From: a virus
Lineage: Duplodnaviria > Caudoviricetes
Strand: one strand, 5' to 3'
IMG/VR virus record: IMGVR_UViG_3300034781_000002
Location: 1 to 50,466 of that record
Length of the DNA stretch: 50,466 bases
In this document: one piece after another, positions 44,024-50,466 of the stretch
Layout of the letters: each line of letters starts with the position of its first letter
Position numbering within the stretch: the stretch's first letter is position 1
The notes under the pieces: generated by a model
Database searches by the model: none
What the model saw: the letters and a program-made list of their open reading frames with translations, nothing else
Told to the model about the DNA's origin: nothing
Translations under genes and position numbers: made by a program

Positions 44024-44206
44024 TCACCGGCTCACCACCCAACCGACGACCCGCGCCACCGTCAGCACCGCCAGGCCGCACACCAGCAGCACCGCAACCC
44101 GGTGCATCTCCTGCGTGGCCTTGCGGTGCTTGGACGCCTGTTCGCAATGCGCCTTGGCCAGGTGCGCGTACAGCCGGGCCACCTTCACGTAGTCCTCGGG
44201 GTTCAT
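44024..44206 (-). CDS. Small membrane-associated hypothetical protein
   Basis: ATGA overlap with the resolvase; C-terminal hydrophobic helix; followed by a 32-aa hydrophobic ORF at 43929-44027. Confidence 0.5.
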   Translation of the reverse strand: MNPEDYVKVARLYAHLAKAHCEQASKHRKATQEMHRVAVLLVCGLAVLTVARVVGWVVSR

Positions 44207-44631
44207 ACGAACTCCCTCCACTGCGGGTAGACGTGCACGATCAGTTCCTCGTTGGACTGCGTCGGACCCAGGCGCATGTCCGGGCCGATGACGTGCTCCG
44301 AGTTGTCGTCCAGGAAGATCCCGGCGTCCACGAGCCCGTCGATGACCGCCTTCGCGGTCGGCGCCCAGTTCGCCGGGTCACGCCGGCGCCGGCTGGAGAA
44401 CCGCAGCTCGCAGATGACATGCGCCCGGCCGAACGTGATCCGGCCCCACTCCCGGTGCGCGCGCCACGCGGAGATCTCCCGCCAGTTCTTCACCTGCCGC
44501 GACATCGCCTGCCACGACAACCGGTCATTCGCGGTGATCCACTTCTTGCCCGTCCGGTCGATCTCCAGCCGGTAATGCGCGGGAGGGTTGCCGACCGGCG
44601 GAAGGACGTCGTACGGGTCCGGTGTATTCAT
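44203..44631 (-). CDS. RusA-like Holliday junction resolvase
   Basis: RRRDPANWAPTAKAVIDGLVDAGIFLDDN. Confidence 0.85.
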   Translation of the reverse strand: MNTPDPYDVLPPVGNPPAHYRLEIDRTGKKWITANDRLSWQAMSRQVKNWREISAWRAHREWGRITFGRAHVICELRFSSRRRRDPANWAPTAKAVIDGLVDAGIFLDDNSEHVIGPDMRLGPTQSNEELIVHVYPQWREFV

Positions 44632-44637
44632 GGGGCG

Positions 44638-45390
44638 TCACACCGCGATGAATAGCTGGGGGAGATCGCCAAGGGCCTTCCGCACCGCGTTCTGCCGTGC
44701 ATGCCGGACGATCGCAGCGTCCACCAGCTCGTCGACCGCATGCAGGGCCACGTCCGTGGAGTGAGAGCCAAGCGACGCGGCAGCCTCATCCCCTAGGTGG
44801 CGCAAGGCCCTCTTGACTGCCGACGCAGACACCATGCCTCGAAGCGTGGGATCGTCGATGTAGTTTCCGGGGTGAACCGACCCCTCCGAGTCGCCCAGGC
44901 TCCTGAGTGCCCGCTCGATTCTTAGTAGTTCCTCCGCTTCGGCGGACAGGCTCGCGTACAAGGCGACGCCTGCACGGGTGCCCATGGAAACGCGGTCGTC
45001 GAACACGCGCCGGTGGTGGACAGGCAGGCCGGCGCCGCCACGCGTCCAGTGGTCACGAAAAGCTGCCAACGCGTACCTGTCGACCGCCTCATCGAGGAGA
45101 TACGCGGGGCGATCGGGGTAGCGCTTCTCGACCAGGGCCACCCGCAGCTCTGTCTCGTTCGGCCGCCAAATGACGTGCCAGTGCTCCGGCTTCTCCGCGC
45201 ACCACGCGCCGTGATAGTTGACCCATCCGTACGGGCTTCCCCTCAGGCTCCCGTCGTGCGCAAGGATCTGCTCCTCGATGATCTGGCGGAACACCGACAG
45301 GGTGACCCGCTTTCCGTTCAGCGTCAGTACCCGGATCTGGACGGTAGCGGTCGTGATCAACGCGTTGTCGACCGTCAAGACTGAAGTCAC
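44638..45390 (-). CDS. Conserved hypothetical phage protein
   Basis: GTG at 45390 overlapping the upstream TGA; TATVQIRVLTLNGKRVTLSVFRQI...GWVNYH...LPQLFIAV. Confidence 0.7.
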   Translation of the reverse strand: MTSVLTVDNALITTATVQIRVLTLNGKRVTLSVFRQIIEEQILAHDGSLRGSPYGWVNYHGAWCAEKPEHWHVIWRPNETELRVALVEKRYPDRPAYLLDEAVDRYALAAFRDHWTRGGAGLPVHHRRVFDDRVSMGTRAGVALYASLSAEAEELLRIERALRSLGDSEGSVHPGNYIDDPTLRGMVSASAVKRALRHLGDEAAASLGSHSTDVALHAVDELVDAAIVRHARQNAVRKALGDLPQLFIAV

Positions 45391-45611
45391 GTGATTTGCT
45401 CCCATTCCGTGCTCGTGGCCCGGTACGTGGCGCAGGGCCACGGCTCCCAGCAGATGCCGCAGTCGTCCACGGTGGTCTCGATGCCGTGCTGCGGGCATGC
45501 GGTGCGGATCGGCTTGCGGGCGTGCAGGTTGCGGACCCGGGCCAGGGCCAGGTTCGCCGCCGACAGGGAGCCCACGAGGTGGTCGATGATGACGTCCGCG
45601 TCGGCGCTCAT
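45387..45611 (-). CDS. Small Cys-containing hypothetical protein
   Basis: VRNLH...CGIC...WPCAT motif. Confidence 0.65.
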   Translation of the reverse strand: MSADADVIIDHLVGSLSAANLALARVRNLHARKPIRTACPQHGIETTVDDCGICWEPWPCATYRATSTEWEQIT

Positions 45612-45763
45612 GGCCGCTCCTGCGTGTCAGGGCGGCGTTCCTTGTGGAAGCCCTTGCTGCGATGGGGGTACAGCAGGCCCGGCTTGACGCTGTAGCACGG
45701 CTCGCCGGGGCGGGCGTCGCAGCGCGGGCACTGCACGTCCAGGCGTGGTGATCGCTGCTTCAT
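45608..45763 (-). CDS. Small zinc-finger protein
   Basis: VQCPRCDARPGEPC...H.ER; ATGA overlap. Confidence 0.65.
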   Translation of the reverse strand: MKQRSPRLDVQCPRCDARPGEPCYSVKPGLLYPHRSKGFHKERRPDTQERP

Positions 45764-46041
45764 TCGGCCACCAGCCCGGGGTGGGCCAGCTCGTCCAGGG
45801 GGGCGCGCAGGATGCCGGCGGGTTCGATGATGTGGCTGATCGGGCCGTGCGGGGGCCACTTGCCGATGGCGTGCCACATGCCGTTGATCTCGACGGAGAC
45901 GGCCAGTTCGCCGCCCAGGTGCTCGAAGGCGCGGTGGACCCAGATCCCGGTGATGCGGACGGCGCCGAGGTCACCGTCGCCCTTGACGCGCTGGACGGGC
46001 GGGACGATCTGCGGTCTGCCGCGGCGGCGGTGGGCGCTCAC
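45760..46041 (-). CDS. Hypothetical protein
   Basis: GTGA overlap, GGAG RBS. Confidence 0.55.
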   Translation of the reverse strand: MSAHRRRGRPQIVPPVQRVKGDGDLGAVRITGIWVHRAFEHLGGELAVSVEINGMWHAIGKWPPHGPISHIIEPAGILRAPLDELAHPGLVAE

Positions 46042-47048
46042 TGTGGGGACTCCGCTGCCTGCGGCCAGCCCTCGCGGACCTCCTGGATCTTCGCCACGAC
46101 GCGGCGGCCCTCGGCTTCGGTGAGCTGGTTGACCGAGGCGATCTCGCGGCCCACCACCGCCGACACCCGCGCGAGCCGGTCGGGACGGCCGATGATGCCC
46201 AGCTCCTTGAACCCGATCATGATCGCCGAGCGGGTCCGGTCGGTGATCGTCTCGCCGCTCGCCTCCATGTGCTCGCCGACGGCGTCCCGCAGCTCCTGAT
46301 CGAAGCCGGTCATGCCGTCCGACTCGGGCGCGGCCTCGATCTGCGCCGGCTCGCTGCGGCCGATGACCTGCCCATCCGGTGGGAAGTCCCGCCCCTCCTG
46401 CGCGAGCATGTCGTGCAGCGGATCGTCCAGGGGCGGCTCCGGCGCCACGGTGGCCTGGATCGGCTCACGGCGCCGGGGGCGCGTCCTGTTCATGACCGCC
46501 TGTGGCCGCTCCGCATCCTCGCCGGTGTCCTGCAACTCCTCAGTGGAGTACGGCATGCCCAGCAGCACGTTCGCCGCGACGAGGCGGCACAGCTCCGACG
46601 TGGCGCGGGCGATGAGCATCGCCTGCGGCATCTTCGTCCAGTTGCTCTTGTTCGTCAGGCCCATCTTGCGGGCCCGTTCGATCGGCCAGTCCACCTCGGT
46701 CCAGGCGTTCTGACCGGGTGCCTTCGCGCGCATCTGCACGCGGGTGTCCGAAGCGCTGATCGTCTCGAACACCACCCCGGCGGCCATCGCCAAGCCGCGC
46801 AGGGCGTTGGCGCTCATCGTCGGGCGGCCCTCGATCACGTGGATCGTGGACAGCGCGGTCATCGGGGGCAGGCCCAGTTCGCGGCCGGCGAGGATGGCGC
46901 CGGTGATCTCGTCGGGCTTGCCCTGCATCGACTTCGGGACGAACGAGGTGGTGGCCAACGCGGTGGCGATCTTGTGCACCGACGACGCGTCCTCGGCGAA
47001 CTTCACCAGATCGGTGACCACGGGCTGGTAGATCTGCACGTCGCTCAT
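46038..47048 (-). CDS. RecT-like single-strand annealing recombinase
   Basis: FVPKSMQGKP, GRELGLPPMTALSTIHVIEGRP, NWTKMPQAMLIARA, YSTEE; AAGGAGG RBS. Confidence 0.85.
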   Translation of the reverse strand: MSDVQIYQPVVTDLVKFAEDASSVHKIATALATTSFVPKSMQGKPDEITGAILAGRELGLPPMTALSTIHVIEGRPTMSANALRGLAMAAGVVFETISASDTRVQMRAKAPGQNAWTEVDWPIERARKMGLTNKSNWTKMPQAMLIARATSELCRLVAANVLLGMPYSTEELQDTGEDAERPQAVMNRTRPRRREPIQATVAPEPPLDDPLHDMLAQEGRDFPPDGQVIGRSEPAQIEAAPESDGMTGFDQELRDAVGEHMEASGETITDRTRSAIMIGFKELGIIGRPDRLARVSAVVGREIASVNQLTEAEGRRVVAKIQEVREGWPQAAESPQ

Positions 47049-47221
47049 GAAGCCTCCTTCGGCTTCCGCTTGTTCTCGCTGCCGACGTGGCGGGTCTCGG
47101 CGATCACCACGTCGGAGAGGGTGGCGTCGTGGTCGAGGCGTTCCGACCACCCGCAGGTCTTGCAGCGCAGCAGCACACCGCGCCCATCGTTGGTCAGGGT
47201 GCCGAGGTCTTCGCAGGTCAC
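47045..47221 (-). CDS. Small CxxC protein (58 aa)
   Basis: GTGA/ATGA overlaps at both ends; LRCKTCGW. Confidence 0.55.
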   Translation of the reverse strand: MTCEDLGTLTNDGRGVLLRCKTCGWSERLDHDATLSDVVIAETRHVGSENKRKPKEAS

Positions 47222-47973
47222 AGGTACACCGCCGGTTTCATCCAGGACTTCATGGAGTCGCTGACACGGGCCACGTACTGCACGTGCAGGAACGCGCGGA
47301 ACACCGGCTCGCTGGTGTCCAGGGGGATGACGTCGAAGCCGTCAGCGCGCACATGCACGGCCATGCACTCGTCGATGCCGATCTCGCCCATCGGCACCTC
47401 GGTCACGCCGTCGGTGCCGAGGTAGCAGTCGGCGTGCCGGTACGCCGCGAGCTGCATCGCGGTCTCCGGCCACACGCTCTTGCCGGTCTTGTAGTCGAAC
47501 AACACCCGCCGGCCGTCCGGCAGGTCCGCGACCAGGTCCAGCGTTCCGGCGTAGCCCCACCGCCGGGACGCCACGACGATCTCGCTGAGCACCGGTCGTG
47601 GCCGCCAGGTGTTCATGAACGCCACCGCGGAGTCCACGTACGCCGACAGCTCGTCGGGCACGTCGACCTCGCGGCCGTGGACCAGCTCGTCGGCGAGGCG
47701 GTGGACCTGCGTGCCTCGGTCGGCGGCGGTGTCGCGTTGCAGGTTCGGTTCCCGCTTCAGGGCGTTGACGACGGCGTCGCGGCCCATCCGCTCGAACATG
47801 GCGGGCATGTCCTCGGCGATGCCGACCGCCTTCTCGGCGACCACCTTCGCGGCCCAGCCGACCAGCGCCGGCTTTGGCATGCCCTTGTTGATGACGGTGG
47901 TGACACCGTCGGCCTTGCGTCCGTCGATCAGGTACCAGTGGTTGTTGCCCCGGTCGATTCTTTCGATCGCCAC
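47218..47973 (-). CDS. PD-(D/E)XK (Cas4-like) exonuclease
   Basis: GVTTVI...LVGWAA, RGTQVH, YAGTLDLV, DYKTGK, QLAAYRHA. Confidence 0.88.
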   Translation of the reverse strand: MAIERIDRGNNHWYLIDGRKADGVTTVINKGMPKPALVGWAAKVVAEKAVGIAEDMPAMFERMGRDAVVNALKREPNLQRDTAADRGTQVHRLADELVHGREVDVPDELSAYVDSAVAFMNTWRPRPVLSEIVVASRRWGYAGTLDLVADLPDGRRVLFDYKTGKSVWPETAMQLAAYRHADCYLGTDGVTEVPMGEIGIDECMAVHVRADGFDVIPLDTSEPVFRAFLHVQYVARVSDSMKSWMKPAVYL

Positions 47974-48056
47974 AGCCCGACCCGCCCATCCATTTTCGGC
48001 CGCGCACCACCCACCGCCCTTTATTCGCGGTCTTTAGCGGTGCGTTGCGGTAAGAA

Positions 48057-48437
48057 TCAGATGGGCTCGCGGCCATGCCGCGTCAGATACGCATTCACCG
48101 ACGCGCGGGGAATGCGGTACTGCGCGCGGGGCCCGGAGCCACGCACATACGCGAGGTCACCGTTGAGGCACATCCGGCGGACCGTCTCGGCGGTGAAGCC
48201 GAGGACCGCGGCGACGTCGGGCACCCGCAGGATCTCGCCGAACTGGCGGCCCATCCGGCGGTTCGACCCGCCGTCTGCCAGGTACTTCTCCAGGTCCTCC
48301 TCGGACACCACGTAGCGCAGCTTGTCGCCGCGCTCCACGCTGGCCGGTAGCTGCCCGGAGCCGATGCGCCGGTACACCTGGTGCCGGGTCAGTCCGAGGC
48401 GTTCGACAACTTCGTCAATTCGCAACCATTGCGCCAT
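48057..48437 (-). CDS. Tandem excisionase-type HTH DNA-binding protein
   Basis: Two MerR/Xis-like HTH units: WLRIDEVVERLGLTRHQVYRRI and LRVPDVAAVLGFTAETVRRMC. Confidence 0.8.
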   Translation of the reverse strand: MAQWLRIDEVVERLGLTRHQVYRRIGSGQLPASVERGDKLRYVVSEEDLEKYLADGGSNRRMGRQFGEILRVPDVAAVLGFTAETVRRMCLNGDLAYVRGSGPRAQYRIPRASVNAYLTRHGREPI

Positions 48438-48646
48438 GGTGCGGCACGCCCTTCTGCGAGCGGGGCTCGCGGCTCTTGTTGCGGTAGGGGTACGGCCCAT
48501 ACATAAGCAGAAGTCGGTCACGGAATCACGTGAGAGAGCATGAAAATCTTGGTCGGACAACGAATTTCCGGGGCCGTGCAGCGCCATACCGTTTCTGAGT
48601 GCAACGCAGATTGAGAGAACCATTCAGGAATGCTTTCGTGGGCGTC

Positions 48647-49030
48647 ATGCAGCCCGAACCGTTACCCGGGACACACCTCGCCGAAGTGGATTGCGTCGAC
48701 TGCTGGCGGCCCGTGCTGGCCATCCCGGAGCGCGTCGACATGGCGCGCTGCACCGGGTGCGGGCACGAGCACTACGGCACCGGCGGGTACCAGGCGCCGG
48801 CTCGGCCGCGTGCAGCCGCGTCCCGGCCGCGGGCGCGGCACGTGTCGCCGGTTGCTCAGCCGCAGGATCTACCGTGGACGGCGAGCTGCCCGCACTGCGA
48901 GTGGACATGGAAGATGCCCAGCGCGGAACACCTCGCACTGGTGGTGAGTAACCACATCAAGATCACCCACGACCCGAAGGGGTGGGCCTCCGGCGTACGC
49001 GGCGGGCTGCGCGGGCGGCGGCGCTACTGA
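48647..49030 (+). CDS. Multi-zinc-finger hypothetical protein
   Basis: CVDC, CTGC, CPHC...H...H. Confidence 0.55.
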   Translation: MQPEPLPGTHLAEVDCVDCWRPVLAIPERVDMARCTGCGHEHYGTGGYQAPARPRAAASRPRARHVSPVAQPQDLPWTASCPHCEWTWKMPSAEHLALVVSNHIKITHDPKGWASGVRGGLRGRRRY

Positions 49031-49206
49031 TGGGGCCGCCGGTGCTCCCGGTCGCTCATGGACAGCGGTACCCAGAAGGTCGACACGGCGAAGACGTAGT
49101 GCAGGACAGCCAGCCAGCGGTTGCCGCCCGTCACGTGCCAGGCGACCATCGCGGCGTTGAACAGCCCGCCGAGCACACACCAGCGCCGCGACCGGGCGTC
49201 AGGCAC
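49024..49206 (-). CDS. Small membrane protein
   Basis: Two hydrophobic segments; overlaps the upstream gene end. Confidence 0.45.
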   Translation of the reverse strand: MPDARSRRWCVLGGLFNAAMVAWHVTGGNRWLAVLHYVFAVSTFWVPLSMSDREHRRPHQ

Positions 49207-49444
49207 GGTCGTCGTGACCCATGACGGCGCGGAACCAGCGCAACGCCCGCCGGTTGTACCGGTATCGCCGCGTCAGACTCACCGTCATGATCAGGTTGAG
49301 GGCACCGGCGAGCAGGTACACCGCGCCGACCTTGGCCGGCAGGACCGCCAGGCCGAACCCGATCACGAACGACCCGACGAGCGCGCACACCACCGCGAGG
49401 CACAGCAGCGTCGGCTGGATCCGGTCGAGGGCGCGGCGACTCAT
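49199..49444 (-). CDS. Small membrane protein
   Basis: ATGA overlap; two TM segments. Confidence 0.55.
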   Translation of the reverse strand: MSRRALDRIQPTLLCLAVVCALVGSFVIGFGLAVLPAKVGAVYLLAGALNLIMTVSLTRRYRYNRRALRWFRAVMGHDDRA

Positions 49445-50052
49445 GTCAGCCCCCACGCGACGCCGCCACGGTAGGCACCGCGCCGGGGCGGCACGTACGG
49501 CACGACGGAACGGCGCAGGCGCTGCGCGGCGGCTACGGCGGCCACGACCCGGGCGTGCCCGTGCATCGCGGCCGGGCGGGTGGCGTAGCGCCACGTGTTC
49601 ACCCCCATGCAGTCGCCCGCGAAGATCATCGTCTCCCAGATGATCGGCGGCCCGCCGTGCCGGCCGAACGAGTGGTCCAGACCCAGGTACGTCGTGGACA
49701 CCCAGATCTCGCAGCCCGAGCGGTAGAACGGCCGAGACACCCGGCGGTTACGGGGGTCGGACCTGTGGCGGTGGTACGTCGCGGCCTGCTCCAGGTGGCT
49801 GCCGGTGATCGGCAGACCCTCGGGGTCGTACCACATCGGCGAGCCGGACACGAAGTCGAACGGCTCCTCCGGCTGCGGGCGCACGAACAGCACCTCGTCG
49901 TCCAGCCAGCGCGGCAGGTCCAGATCCAGGTCTTCCAGGTCGGGCACCGCGACGACCTTCGGCTCCACGCCGCCGTACATCTCCCGGCGGATCCGGCGCA
50001 TGGCGCGCGCCGCGTCGGCCAACTCCGACAGTCGCTGCGGCATGTCCGTCAT
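49441..50052 (-). CDS. Conserved hypothetical phage protein
   Basis: AGGAGG RBS; WYDPEGLPI...VSTTYLGLDHSF...PPIIWETMIF...RYAT...GH. Confidence 0.7.
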   Translation of the reverse strand: MTDMPQRLSELADAARAMRRIRREMYGGVEPKVVAVPDLEDLDLDLPRWLDDEVLFVRPQPEEPFDFVSGSPMWYDPEGLPITGSHLEQAATYHRHRSDPRNRRVSRPFYRSGCEIWVSTTYLGLDHSFGRHGGPPIIWETMIFAGDCMGVNTWRYATRPAAMHGHARVVAAVAAAQRLRRSVVPYVPPRRGAYRGGVAWGLT

Positions 50053-50240
50053 TGTGTTGCCTCCTGCGCCGTCTGCCAGCAGCGGTGCAGATCGCAGTCC
50101 TTCGCGACCCACCAGTGATCTCTGACCGGCGGGAGTGAGCCGCCGAGGTTATGTTCCACCGGGCAGATGCAGCCGGCGCGCACGGCGTCGGGACTACCCG
50201 GTGGGGGTCCGTACGGGTGTTCCAGATATGGGGGCAGCAT
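50049..50240 (-). CDS. Small Cys-containing hypothetical phage protein
   Basis: PGSPDAVRAGCICPVEHN...DCDLH; AGGAG upstream. Confidence 0.65.
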   Translation of the reverse strand: MLPPYLEHPYGPPPGSPDAVRAGCICPVEHNLGGSLPPVRDHWWVAKDCDLHRCWQTAQEATQ

Positions 50241-50433
50241 GGGATCTCCGCTCCTGGTGAACGGTCCGGCGTGGTCCGGCGCGACTCGGGTGCGACCAAG
50301 CACCAACCACGCGCCATGTTGCGGTGAGCACATCGTTACCGTCAGGCAGCATACAATCGGACACGGGGGACGCCAAGGCCAAGGGGGGGATGATCAGGAC
50401 GTCGAGATACGTCTGAGCATTGGTTTTGGGCAC

Positions 50434-50466
50434 AAAAAAAGAGCGGCGGTCACCCACACCCGTGAC
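50434..50466 (-). terminator. Intrinsic terminator truncated by the window edge
   Basis: Plus strand A7-GAGCGGCGGTCAC-loop-GTGAC then the sequence ends. Confidence 0.45.

Noticed and set aside
47218-47973. Cas4-like nuclease as a sign of a CRISPR-Cas system
   Set aside because: No repeat-spacer array or other cas genes; its position beside a RecT-like gene fits a phage recombination exonuclease
50434-50466. Possibility that the window is a complete circularly permuted genome joining 50466 to 1
   Set aside because: The terminal hairpin would need CGCCGCTC next, but position 1 begins CCGACAAC; no terminal repeat seen, so the genome probably continues beyond the window

Overview
The window is a large part of a high-GC, temperate, siphovirus-type actinophage; a Micromonosporaceae-like host is my inference from GC content and gene families. 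No host genes, tRNAs or CRISPR arrays were recognised. The minus strand carries an early/replication block at ~48.4-39 kb (double-HTH protein, PD-(D/E)XK exonuclease plus RecT-like annealase, RusA-like resolvase, replication initiator, two ParB-like DGQHR proteins, HTH protein) and an HNH endonuclease. An HK97-type morphogenesis operon follows at 26.7-5.4 kb (P27-type TerS, TerL, Sm-like protein, portal, protease, capsid, head-tail genes, tail tube, frameshifting chaperone, tape measure with two cell-wall hydrolase domains, minor tail genes), then a lysis region. Several plus-strand cassettes are interleaved, some apparently leaderless. Most notable: (1) a stand-alone membrane protein with an ethylene-receptor-like CxxxH motif heading the translationally coupled lysis membrane genes; (2) a serine integrase and a highly symmetric candidate attP lying between the holin and the endolysin; (3) a dispersed 5-bp-periodic GCGGT motif over many intergenic and promoter regions (candidate operator/stoperator or parS-like sites); (4) two families of paralogous Cys/His miniproteins; (5) a HicA-like::ParB-like fusion next to a second ParB-like gene; (6) a tail-gene junction whose stop and start codons both appear lost by T>A changes. 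All product calls come from motif recognition and synteny, not database searches.
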